From Candidatus Sericytochromatia bacterium (GTDB lineage: Bacteria > Cyanobacteriota > Sericytochromatia > S15B-MN24 > JAQBPE01), in the NCBI GenBank assembly GCA_040400605.1, contig JBBAPZ010000006.1:2908-66907 (forward strand): a stretch of DNA of 64,000 nt. The letters run 5' to 3'. The notes beneath the pieces are model-generated. The model was given only the letters and a program-made list of their open reading frames with translations. It was not told where the DNA came from and searched no databases. Position numbers and translations under genes: made by a program. This document shows positions 9,938 through 18,484 of the stretch, piece by piece (position 1 is the first letter of the stretch; each line of letters opens with the position of its first letter).

Positions 9938-11179
9938 TCAATCAGCCACGGCTTGACTCGCATTGACCAGGCCGTGACCGAAAAAAATATCCGGCCCGGG
10001 CCCATCATTGCCCACAACCAGATCACGCGCGGTTAGCATCAGGCGCTCCCGCACCATCGCGGCGCTCCAGTCCGGATACCGCGACTGAATCAAGGCGGCC
10101 ACGCCTGAGACAAAGGGCGCCGCCATACTCGTTCCGGACAAATAGCCGTAAGGGGATTCCGTGCCGAAACGCGTCGGCAAAGTCGAGAAGACATCCACAC
10201 CAGGGGCGGCCAAGGTCACGCCTGAATTGTAGTTGGAAAACGGCGCTCGTGTGAAATCCGGAGCAACCGCAGCCACACTGACGACACCCGGGTAACTGGC
10301 TGGATACTCCGGGAAATTACCCGCCATCGCTTCGTTGCCTGCAGCGGCGACCACCAGTACGCCACTCGCTTGCGCCTGTCGTATCGCTTGCGCCTCCACT
10401 TCACTGCGATCAGCAGCACCCAGACTCATATTGAGAATCCGCACCTTTTGCCGGATTGCATACAAGACCGCCTGGGCCGTATCAAACGAGGTACCCGAAC
10501 CATCGGCACCAATCACCCGGATCGGAATGATTTGCGCATCCGGCGCCACCCCGGCGGACCCGATACCGTTATTGCGCACACCCGCAATGATGCCGGCCAC
10601 GTGTGTGCCATGACCGTGGTCATCAAACGCGCGCTGCCCTTTTTCGACCAGATTCAAGCCAAGATTACCCAAGACCCGATTGGCCAAATCTGGATGGCCC
10701 TCATCCACGCCTGTATCGATCACAGCGACCGTTACACCCTCCCCCGTTGAACGTTCCCACGCCGCCTCGGCACCGATGGCAGCCAGCGACCAAGCGCTCA
10801 ACTGCCCACTCACCGGCGATTCAAAACGCAATGCCGGATCATTCGCAGTCCCCCTGATCGGTTGCGTTTGGGCGGTTTTGCGACGGTAGTTCAATTCTGC
10901 CACCCTCACATCGGGTATCATCTTCAGCCGCTCGATCACCAGCGTCTCAGCGCCTGGCGATACCGACCACAACGCCAGATCTTCGCGCTCCTCCAACGTG
11001 TCAGCGCCCATCAAGCGCGCAAGCGCTTGCCGTGACGCAGCGCTAACCCCCGCTTGCCACGCAACGACAATCTGACCGGAATAAAACTGCGGCACGCGCG
11101 CAGCACCCATCAGTGACTGACACCCCGCGAGCAGAATTCCCGTCAACCACAGGCCCAACCTGATCATGCGCCGTCTCAT
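9938..11179 (-). CDS. secreted S8 subtilisin-like serine protease (lipoprotein-type signal peptide)
   Basis: Signal peptide ending in LLAGC. Catalytic triad blocks are VAVIDTGVD, HGTHVAG and GTSMAAP. Confidence 0.9.
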   Translation of the reverse strand: MRRRMIRLGLWLTGILLAGCQSLMGAARVPQFYSGQIVVAWQAGVSAASRQALARLMGADTLEEREDLALWSVSPGAETLVIERLKMIPDVRVAELNYRRKTAQTQPIRGTANDPALRFESPVSGQLSAWSLAAIGAEAAWERSTGEGVTVAVIDTGVDEGHPDLANRVLGNLGLNLVEKGQRAFDDHGHGTHVAGIIAGVRNNGIGSAGVAPDAQIIPIRVIGADGSGTSFDTAQAVLYAIRQKVRILNMSLGAADRSEVEAQAIRQAQASGVLVVAAAGNEAMAGNFPEYPASYPGVVSVAAVAPDFTRAPFSNYNSGVTLAAPGVDVFSTLPTRFGTESPYGYLSGTSMAAPFVSGVAALIQSRYPDWSAAMVRERLMLTARDLVVGNDGPGPDIFFGHGLVNASQAVAD

Positions 11180-12510
11180 ATCGTGAACCCGTTGCCGCGC
11201 ACCTCGGACTCGCGTTGCAAGGCGCGAAACGGCCGCGGCCCCCCGCCAGATTGCACGGATGGGGCATCAATCAGCCGAAGGCGCCACGTGTAACGCGTAT
11301 CACCCCCCCGTAACGCGGCCCCGTTGGGATCAGCCGGCGTAAAATTTGGATAGGTCAATTCATTCAAGGACGTCCGCCCCACCCACTTCAATCCTGGCTC
11401 GCCCTCCTCTTGCAGGGACACCTCAAAACTGGCACCTGGTGGTGCATCCGCCCGCCACCTGAACACCGGACGTGCCCCCACCCCTGAGGCGCCAGCAGGC
11501 GGATTCTCAATCACCGGAATACCCAAAAACGACAATGTGACAGGGTTACGATCCCCCGTAACCACCTCAACTCTCGAAAATCGCCGCTTGGAAGCATCCC
11601 TCGCTTCCCCCGCCACCGCGACCCGCAACTCCGGGGCATCCGGCACGGGAATGGCTTCTTGCGCACCGAACACACGTGCCACCATCACACTGCCCGCAAC
11701 ACCCACATCAAGCGAAACCGTGGTCTCCACATCCGTCAGGGTCTGATTGTTGGCATAACGACACATCAAACGCCGTATAGGCAAACCGGGCCGAGTCAGG
11801 TCAATCGCGCGCTGGCGCGTCGCCTGCGCCAATGTGTCACCCAATGACCAATGCTGGACCTCATAAAAAAATTTATCAAAGGTAAACGGCCCCTCTTCAC
11901 CCAAAGGCGAAGCGGTACTCGCATCCAACGCCCCATAACCCCACACCGTCGTCAAAACGCGCCCATACGATTGGCCCTGCCACTCTGCCAGGTACGTCCC
12001 ATTCCTGACCGGGAAAAGTCTCCCGCCAAGCACAACCGCCACCTGTCGTTGGCCCACGTCACCCAGGTACCCACCCGTTACCTGCAAAAATCGTGTCGCA
12101 TCCGACGCGGCAAGGCTTTGCACAGGCTCCAGGTAAAAAAGCAGATCCTCACCACCTTCCGGCTTCACGCCGCCCCTGGTTTCAGCCGTATAGCCAATGC
12201 GGCTGACCGACACCTCCGTACTGCCCAAGCCACCGTATAACTCAAACCGTCCCTGCGCATCCGTCCCAGTCCAGCCCAAGCCACTCAACACCGTGGCGTG
12301 CCCAATCGGCAAGCGGGTGCGAGCATCCAAAACCTGTCCGCGCAACGGGGTTCCCACACCGGGAAGGAAAGGCGGCATCAAACGCCCAACCAAAAATGCG
12401 TCACAACCGCTCGCACAAAAAGGTAGTGCTGCGATCGCAACGAACGGACCCCCAAAGTACCGGAGCCTGCCCAAAATCGTAGCAAGTCTCGTTATCAAAG
12501 AATGCCGCAC
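11176..12510 (-). CDS. secreted protein with CarboxypepD_reg-like (Cna-B type) domain
   Basis: The track ORF (to 12720) overlaps the HIT gene. The start is revised to the in-frame GTG at 12510, just after the HIT stop. The N-terminus MRHSLITRLATILGRLRYFGGPFVAIAALPFCASGC looks like a lipoprotein signal. GQVLDARTRLPIGHATVLSGLGWTGTDAQGRFEL is a classic CarboxypepD_reg block. Confidence 0.5.
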   Translation of the reverse strand: MRHSLITRLATILGRLRYFGGPFVAIAALPFCASGCDAFLVGRLMPPFLPGVGTPLRGQVLDARTRLPIGHATVLSGLGWTGTDAQGRFELYGGLGSTEVSVSRIGYTAETRGGVKPEGGEDLLFYLEPVQSLAASDATRFLQVTGGYLGDVGQRQVAVVLGGRLFPVRNGTYLAEWQGQSYGRVLTTVWGYGALDASTASPLGEEGPFTFDKFFYEVQHWSLGDTLAQATRQRAIDLTRPGLPIRRLMCRYANNQTLTDVETTVSLDVGVAGSVMVARVFGAQEAIPVPDAPELRVAVAGEARDASKRRFSRVEVVTGDRNPVTLSFLGIPVIENPPAGASGVGARPVFRWRADAPPGASFEVSLQEEGEPGLKWVGRTSLNELTYPNFTPADPNGAALRGGDTRYTWRLRLIDAPSVQSGGGPRPFRALQRESEVRGNGFTI

Positions 12511-12517
12511 CCCGTGC

Positions 12518-12871
12518 CTACCCCGGCGGCCAATGCAGCGCCCGCCCGCCCAAGACGTGCCAATGCAGGTGTCCAACGGTTTGCCCGCCGTCCACGCCTT
12601 GGTTGCATACCACCCGGTAACCACTATCAAAAAAAGCCAAACGACGCGCGACTTCGTTAACGACCAGCGCCATTTGGCCGGGCAACTCAGCTGTACGCTC
12701 ATCCAAACTCGCAAAACCATCCAGGTGCTGTTTGGGGATCACCAACACATGCGCTGGCGCTTGCGGGTGAATGTCCCGAAAAGCCAATACGGCTTCGGTC
12801 TCGTAAACCCGTTCACTCGGTATTTGACCCGCAACCAGACGGCAAAACAAACAATCTTGCATGGTTGCCAT
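12518..12871 (-). CDS. HIT family hydrolase
   Basis: CLFCRLVAGQIP...VLAFRDIHPQAPAHVLVIPKQH...GQTVGHLHWHVLGG carries the histidine triad HxHxH. Start taken at MATMQD. Confidence 0.8.
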   Translation of the reverse strand: MATMQDCLFCRLVAGQIPSERVYETEAVLAFRDIHPQAPAHVLVIPKQHLDGFASLDERTAELPGQMALVVNEVARRLAFFDSGYRVVCNQGVDGGQTVGHLHWHVLGGRALHWPPG

Positions 12872-13103
12872 AGTAAAAGATCCACACACCCGCGTCAAAC
12901 GCAAAACCGGTCACAAACCATCAGTTGCTCAGTTCCAAGTGTCCCATCGTCGCACCTGCTCAAGACTGGTAAACAAAAAGCTAGCGCACCGAATCGAAAA
13001 ACTCGGGTCTCCGTCGATTCCGTTGCAGCTTCACAAAGTGTTTTTGCAGTTTTGTCTGTAAATTTCAATGGGTGCGGTTTATACTGAACGTTCCGACGGT
13101 TGA

Positions 13104-13172
13104 TGGCCGGACGGGTCGACATCACATCGTCCGTGTGCGGGCGTGCTGGACGGGTGCGAACTGTGCCGTCCT
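13104..13172 (+). promoter_or_regulatory. structured 5' leader: two hairpins each nucleated by the direct repeat GGACGGGT
   Basis: Hairpin 1 pairs CGGACG (13108-13113) with CGTCCG (13128-13133). Hairpin 2 pairs GGACGG (13148-13153) with CCGTCC (13166-13171). Both lie just upstream of the SD-supported GTG start at 13194. Confidence 0.3.
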
Positions 13173-13193
13173 CAATGGGGGGAGACATCGCGC

Positions 13194-14291
13194 GTGACAG
13201 AAACCATCAACACGCACGTGTTCAACGAACTCGTGGCGCGTATGCGTTCGGGTGAATGGACGCCTCGCAACAACGTTTTGACGGCAGTTTTAGAGGCGCC
13301 ACGGCACGGTGACATCGTGCCTTTGCCCAAATTGGGAACGATTCAGCACAGGGAAGCGGAGGCAATTGGCGCGGGTGCGATCGCCCGAGGCGAAATCGGC
13401 GTGGTCATTCTGGCAGGCGGCATGGCCACACGCTTCGGCTACGCCCAGCCTAAAGCACTCTATCCCATTCATCACGAAAAAAGTTTTCTCAACCTGAAAC
13501 TGGATGCCATCCGCACGGTCGGCGCCAACATTCCCGTGTTCATCATGACCAGTTTTGCTACCGACGCAGCCATTAAAGAGCACCTAATCACCAACCGCCA
13601 CTTTGGCTTACCGGAACCCTTGGTCACCTGTTTTGAACAGGACCGACTGCCACGCGTCGACGCAAACGGCCAAACCTTCTATCGACAGGGCCAAGTCGAT
13701 TACTGCGCGAGCGGGCATGGCGATTTCCCCTTCGTCTTTCAACGAACCGGCTTGCTTGACCGCTTCCTGACCCAAGGCGGCCGGTACCTCCTCTTCTCCA
13801 ACGTGGATAACCTCGGTGCGACCATCAATCCACTCATCATCGGTCACCACATCCAAAACGGGCCAGAGATGACGGTCGAAGTCGCCGCAAAAAATCCAGG
13901 CGACCAAGGCGGCGCGCCCGCACGTGTCAACGGGAGACTTCAATTGGTTGAGGGTTTTGCTTTCCCCCCTGATTTCAACCAAAGCACCATCACGGTCTTC
14001 AATACAGCCAATTACGTTTTCAACGCGGCAGCGTTACGTCATGCCCGCTCGTTACCCTGGTACATCGTTGAAAAGACCGTTGATGGTCAGCGTGTCACGC
14101 AGTTTGAGCGGTTAGCAGGTGATCTCAGCGCCTTTATGAACAGCCAGTTCATCGAAGTCGAACGCAGCTCCCGGTTCTGGCCGGTTAAAAGCCCAGCCGA
14201 TGTACCCCTTGTGCAAGCAATCCTGAGCGAAAAATGGCAAGAAACCCTCGCGAACCTTGACGTTCGCACCCCTCCGCCCATCAACCCTTAA
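13194..14291 (+). CDS. UDP-sugar pyrophosphorylase, eukaryotic-type UDPGP family (UTP--glucose-1-phosphate uridylyltransferase-like)
   Basis: GVVILAGGMATRFGYAQPKALYPI and FIMTSFATD...NVDNLGA blocks of the UDPGP family. Start revised to GTG 13194, 9 nt after GGGGGAG. Confidence 0.75.
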   Translation: MTETINTHVFNELVARMRSGEWTPRNNVLTAVLEAPRHGDIVPLPKLGTIQHREAEAIGAGAIARGEIGVVILAGGMATRFGYAQPKALYPIHHEKSFLNLKLDAIRTVGANIPVFIMTSFATDAAIKEHLITNRHFGLPEPLVTCFEQDRLPRVDANGQTFYRQGQVDYCASGHGDFPFVFQRTGLLDRFLTQGGRYLLFSNVDNLGATINPLIIGHHIQNGPEMTVEVAAKNPGDQGGAPARVNGRLQLVEGFAFPPDFNQSTITVFNTANYVFNAAALRHARSLPWYIVEKTVDGQRVTQFERLAGDLSAFMNSQFIEVERSSRFWPVKSPADVPLVQAILSEKWQETLANLDVRTPPPINP

Positions 14292-14578
14292 GACCTTGTT
14301 GAAAAAGCCTTTGTTCTCACGTCACTTGCATCCGCCGTCCACAACGTGAACGTCCGGCATTGAAAGCATTTCGAGCGCATCGGCTGTTTTGGCAATCGAA
14401 CGTACCTTTCACAAGGGGATTCCCACCTTGGTCAAGACGATGTAACCGCGCTTCATCGCTAACTTTTCAACCATGTCGCGTGATTTTTGAATGGTTTGAA
14501 TGGTGTAGCAAGCACGCGTATCGTCTAGGGTAAAGGCTTCGCATTCGAGACCCTGTTCCGGGTTTGACGAAGGGAGGC

Positions 14579-14755
14579 GATGGTGTGGAAAGCAAGTCTT
14601 TGCCTGGCGGCAATTGGTGCAATCATCGGCGCTTGCACGGACTCAGACCTTAGTTCCGGTGAGTCCCTGTTGCCGTATATGCAAGTGGGTGGCGCCTGGG
14701 AACAGGACCATACGCCGTTAGCCTCAATCGCGCCGTCGCCTTCCGGCAAACGGTG
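14579..14755 (+). CDS. candidate small lipoprotein (58 aa), below ORF-track cutoff
   Basis: ATG follows GGGAGG. The product MVWKASLCLAAIGAIIGACTDSD... has a signal peptide with lipobox IGAC. It is convergent with the LysM gene. Confidence 0.25.
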
Positions 14756-14760
14756 AGTCA

Positions 14761-16152
14761 TCAAAAAGCGGGTACGCGAAGGGACTGTCCTGGCCAGATC
14801 CAATGTGGGTCCATGATGCTGTCGCGGTTGGCGTCGTACCAAGCACGCCAGTCCTGCCCAACGCCCCCCGATTTGATCGCAATCACCCACAAACTGTCGC
14901 CTGAACGCACCACGTAACGCGTTCGTGCTGGCTCCAACTGTTGTGGAATCAGCAACACTTGACCCGGATAGATCCAATTTGGATGGCTGATGCGCTGACG
15001 GTTGACGCGGTAGATTTCTTGCCAACGCGAGGCTGAGCCAAGGTAACGCCGGGCCAACAAACCGAGCGAATCCCCAAGGCGCACCCGATAACGCGTGAAA
15101 CCTTCACTCGCCGGAGGAGCCGTGACAGGTTGGTCTGCACGTCGCGATCGAACGGTCGGAAGCTGCAACAACGTGCCGGGGCGCAAGAGCAACGGGTCAG
15201 GCACCACGGAACGATTCAATGCGTGAATGACCGCCCACGCCGAAGCAGAACCCAAATGGCGCTCAGCAATCCCTTTCAAGGTATCCCCCGGCTGACTACG
15301 ATAGAAGCTTGGCTTGACCCGCCACCTCTTGCCAGGCATCAGCAATCGTTGACCGACCCGAATCACGTTCGGATCGCGTATTGTCTCCCGATTCAGGTTG
15401 TAAATTTCGGGCCACCGTTGATAACGCCCCAAGTGCCGCAAGGCGATCAGCGACAAACTCTCGCCACGTTGAACCACATGCGCGCTCTCTGGCGCACGGT
15501 CGTGCCGTCGAACCAATGCCTGGACCGGTTTACTCCGCCAATCGGCACCCACTGGTTCCCTTAAGCCAGAAAAAGCCGGCACGCTGGCAGGCAGGCTTTG
15601 TGGCGTAGCCAACGGTTCCTCCGCGGCTTCAGGCGTCAAAGGGGGAACCGTTGAAGGGGCGCTGGACGCCTCATCCCGCCCAAGCGTCGGCACAACGATA
15701 GCTGGCTCATTCGGGCTCGCAGCAAACGCCGGAACGGGCGACACAGGCTCAAACGAGGGTACCAAATCTTCACTGGGAGGCTGTAAACGCGCCCCCCCCG
15801 GCTTGAAACCAGCCGGCCGAAACATCAACGCGACGCTAACCGTGCCAATCGCCAGTGCTCCGAGCGTCCACCACAACCAACGCCTTGGCGCTTCAACGCC
15901 GCGCCGGCCTGAACGCGACGACACCCGCTTCTCAGGATTGGGCGAACGAACCTTTTCAGCAACACCTGGGTCCACCTGTTGCAACAACTCTAACAGTTCG
16001 CCCCCGAGCGCTTCGCTTGGAAGACCCTCAGGCTTCGCAGACCACTGGCTGAGAATCGCAATCTCATCTGCGATATCGCCATTCGTTTGTTTTTCAGACA
16101 TTAAAGGGTCTCTGTCCCACCACGCTCTGGCACCAACCCACAACACACTCAA
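14761..16152 (-). CDS. membrane-anchored protein with four LysM peptidoglycan-binding repeats
   Basis: N-terminal cytoplasmic segment, one TM (WLWWTLGALAIGTVSVALMF), Pro-rich linker, then four LysM-like repeats (for example YVVRSGDSLWVIAIKSGG). The real start may be M18 at 16101. Confidence 0.7.
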   Translation of the reverse strand: MSVLWVGARAWWDRDPLMSEKQTNGDIADEIAILSQWSAKPEGLPSEALGGELLELLQQVDPGVAEKVRSPNPEKRVSSRSGRRGVEAPRRWLWWTLGALAIGTVSVALMFRPAGFKPGGARLQPPSEDLVPSFEPVSPVPAFAASPNEPAIVVPTLGRDEASSAPSTVPPLTPEAAEEPLATPQSLPASVPAFSGLREPVGADWRSKPVQALVRRHDRAPESAHVVQRGESLSLIALRHLGRYQRWPEIYNLNRETIRDPNVIRVGQRLLMPGKRWRVKPSFYRSQPGDTLKGIAERHLGSASAWAVIHALNRSVVPDPLLLRPGTLLQLPTVRSRRADQPVTAPPASEGFTRYRVRLGDSLGLLARRYLGSASRWQEIYRVNRQRISHPNWIYPGQVLLIPQQLEPARTRYVVRSGDSLWVIAIKSGGVGQDWRAWYDANRDSIMDPHWIWPGQSLRVPAF

Positions 16153-16177
16153 TCAAGCTTAGGACATAATACCACGC

Positions 16178-16206
16178 AAAAAAAACCCGGCCAAGCGACC
16201 GGGTTT
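16178..16206 (-). terminator. intrinsic terminator
   Basis: The minus strand reads CCCGGTCGCTTGGCCGGG followed by TTTTTTTT. It lies immediately after the small Cys-rich gene and before the LysM gene. Confidence 0.6.
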
Positions 16207-16228
16207 CAAAGTTTCAAGCCCAAATGGT

Positions 16229-16408
16229 TCAATGGGCGCGGAGATCCTGTCTGAACGCGTGCGGTTGCACCAATTTCACACCGCGCAATTGGGTGACGAT
16301 TGTCAAACAACTTGGGCAATAGTCACCACGCCCACTCGGCATCGCCACTGTAAAGGCGTCACATGTCGGACAACTGCAACTTGTCGTTGCACGTAAGCTA
16401 CCGTTCAT
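16229..16408 (-). CDS. small Cys-rich zinc-ribbon-like protein (59 aa), not in ORF track
   Basis: ATG at 16408 is preceded by GGGGAGGA with a 7-nt spacer. The product MNGSLRATTSCSCPTCDAFTVAMPSGRGDYCPSCLTIVTQLRGVKLVQPHAFRQDLRAH has CxCxxC...CxxC spacing. A strong terminator follows directly. Confidence 0.5.
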   Translation of the reverse strand: MNGSLRATTSCSCPTCDAFTVAMPSGRGDYCPSCLTIVTQLRGVKLVQPHAFRQDLRAH

Positions 16409-16663
16409 CAGTCAATCCTCCCCATCGAGAATGAATGCACGTGAAACGCTTGTGAAGGCTCTTGACGTATTCAACACCGAAAACGCCCGATACGCACCCA
16501 ACAAGGATGTTCATCACCAACAAAGCATAACATTATCTTAATCTTCGCGCAAGCATGACGCATCGATCAGAATAAACAATTTGCGCGGTGCCAAGCGTCG
16601 ACTACAATGAAGCAAACGGTGCGCAAAACGGACGATCGCTCACGTCCGGCTGGTTTGGTTTGC

Positions 16664-18379
16664 TTATTCAGTGATCAGGGATAACCGCCGGCGTCCTTGC
16701 ACCAGTACGTCAAGAGAGCGTGTATTCACGATATCGGCTGGTGTCAAGCCGGCTTTGCGTGCCATCAAAACGCCATAACGGGTATCCAGCAAGCCCTTTA
16801 CGCGATGGGCGTCGGGATTGATGGCGATTCTGACGCCCAGTTCCTTGGCGCGTTTCAGATGTCGCCAGTCCAAATCAAGGCGATGGGGATTGGCATTGAG
16901 TTCGATGATTTTGCCGTGGGTCGCGGCTGCGCGCAAAACGGCTTCGATGTCGCACGCATAGCCTGCGCGGCTCAGCAGCAGTCGGCCCGTGGGGTGTCCC
17001 AAAATTGTGAGGTGCGGGTTGCTCAACGCTCGGATCAAGCGTTGGGTCGTACGATCGGCATCATCGCCAAAACGGGCGTGAATGGAGCCAATAACGAAGT
17101 CGAAACCAGCGAGGGTCTCGTCATCGTAATCCAGTGCGCCATCACCAAGAATGTCAGCCTCGATGCCAGCCAGAATTCGAAAAGGTGCCAAGGAGGCGTT
17201 GAGTCGGCTGATGGCTTGGCGCTGTTCGATGATTCGTTCCCGGCTCAAGCCTTGGGCGTAGGCTGCGGCCTCACTGTGGTCGGAGATGCCGACATATTGG
17301 TAACCCAATGCTTGGGCTGCTTGAACCATTTCTTCCAGCGAGGCATCGCCATCACTGTCGCGCGTGTGGACATGGAATACGCCTTTTATGTCCTCATCAC
17401 GCACCAACTGTGGCGGAGGTGCCTCCTGTAACTCACGCAGAACGGATACATCTTCACGTTGCTCAGGCGGAACCCAATGCAGGCCCAGTATGTTGAAAAA
17501 ATCAGCTTCTGACGGGGTGTCAACGGTGTTGACACCGTCGCTTAAGCCATTGGATGTCCAAGCCAGGCCACGTTGTGCGGCACGTGTCAAAAGGGCCTCA
17601 CGCACCACGTCATTGCCGGTTTCCCAACACACGACCGCGCCGAAGTGACGTTCGGATACCAGTCGCAGCGTGTGGGGCAATCCATCGAACCAAGTAACGC
17701 GCCCACCGTGGGGTTCCGCTGCATATGAGCATGACGGCAATGTCGGGAGACTGGGCTCTTGTCCGTCCGGGTAGGCGGCAACCCAACTGAGGCTTGCAAG
17801 GACTTCCATGCACCGTGCCAGTTCCCCAGTGGGGCAGACTCCGATGATACCCGGCCAACTGGCGATATCTGCCGTTTGATTTTGGGCACGTTCCCAGATG
17901 TCGGCGAGCAGCTTTTGATGCGCGTGTTGTTTCAGAAAGGCGATCGCAAGCTGTATCTTGGCTTGGGTTTTGGCACCGAATCCGGGCAACTGGGCCAAAC
18001 GGTTCTCCATGCACGCATATTCCAGTTCCCCCAAACTTTGAACCCCAAGACCGTGCCGAATCGCCCTGACTTTGTTTGGCCCGAGACCAGGTACACGAAG
18101 GAGCGCGCGCAATCCCTCCGGGGTCTGTTGGTCGAGCAGGTCGTATCCTGACAGTTTGCCTTTTGCCAGGTATTCTCGCAATTCAGCCAGTATGCCGCTG
18201 CCGACGCCTGCCACTTTGAATGGTTGACCGAGTCTGGCAAAGTCAAACCACTCGATGTCACTCTGGCGAAGCTGACGAGCCGCCGCTTGATATGCCTTGA
18301 CGCGAAAAGGGTTCTCGCCGTGCAAAGCCATCAAGATGGCATAATCGTCCAGCAGGTCGACGAATTCACCCCGATCCAT
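16664..18379 (-). CDS. family X DNA polymerase with C-terminal PHP domain (PolX)
   Basis: N-terminal HhH and pol-beta-like domains, and a C-terminal PHP metal-binding block (VFHVHTRDSDGD...). Confidence 0.9.
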   Translation of the reverse strand: MDRGEFVDLLDDYAILMALHGENPFRVKAYQAAARQLRQSDIEWFDFARLGQPFKVAGVGSGILAELREYLAKGKLSGYDLLDQQTPEGLRALLRVPGLGPNKVRAIRHGLGVQSLGELEYACMENRLAQLPGFGAKTQAKIQLAIAFLKQHAHQKLLADIWERAQNQTADIASWPGIIGVCPTGELARCMEVLASLSWVAAYPDGQEPSLPTLPSCSYAAEPHGGRVTWFDGLPHTLRLVSERHFGAVVCWETGNDVVREALLTRAAQRGLAWTSNGLSDGVNTVDTPSEADFFNILGLHWVPPEQREDVSVLRELQEAPPPQLVRDEDIKGVFHVHTRDSDGDASLEEMVQAAQALGYQYVGISDHSEAAAYAQGLSRERIIEQRQAISRLNASLAPFRILAGIEADILGDGALDYDDETLAGFDFVIGSIHARFGDDADRTTQRLIRALSNPHLTILGHPTGRLLLSRAGYACDIEAVLRAAATHGKIIELNANPHRLDLDWRHLKRAKELGVRIAINPDAHRVKGLLDTRYGVLMARKAGLTPADIVNTRSLDVLVQGRRRLSLITE

Positions 18380-18484
18380 CGCAACTCCTTTGATTGATTG
18401 ATCGCCACACCAGGCATCATGCCGGAAGAAAACACCCTAAAGCAAGGGGCTCTCGTGTAACCACCAATTGACGTTCTGCCCTTT

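Noticed and set aside
12895-13188. 97-aa minus-strand ORF in the HIT/UDPGP divergent intergenic region
   Set aside because: It has no RBS, it overlaps the HIT start, and it runs through the leader hairpins of the UDPGP gene. It is typical of the spurious long ORFs that GC-rich DNA produces.
14525-15025. 166-aa minus-strand ORF
   Set aside because: Out-of-frame overlap with the well-supported LysM gene.
16288-16323. Imperfect palindrome GGTGACGATTG-N14-CAATAGTCACC, which looked like an operator
   Set aside because: It lies inside the reading frame of the small Cys-rich gene (it encodes ...DYCPSCLTIVTQ...), so operator status is unsupported.
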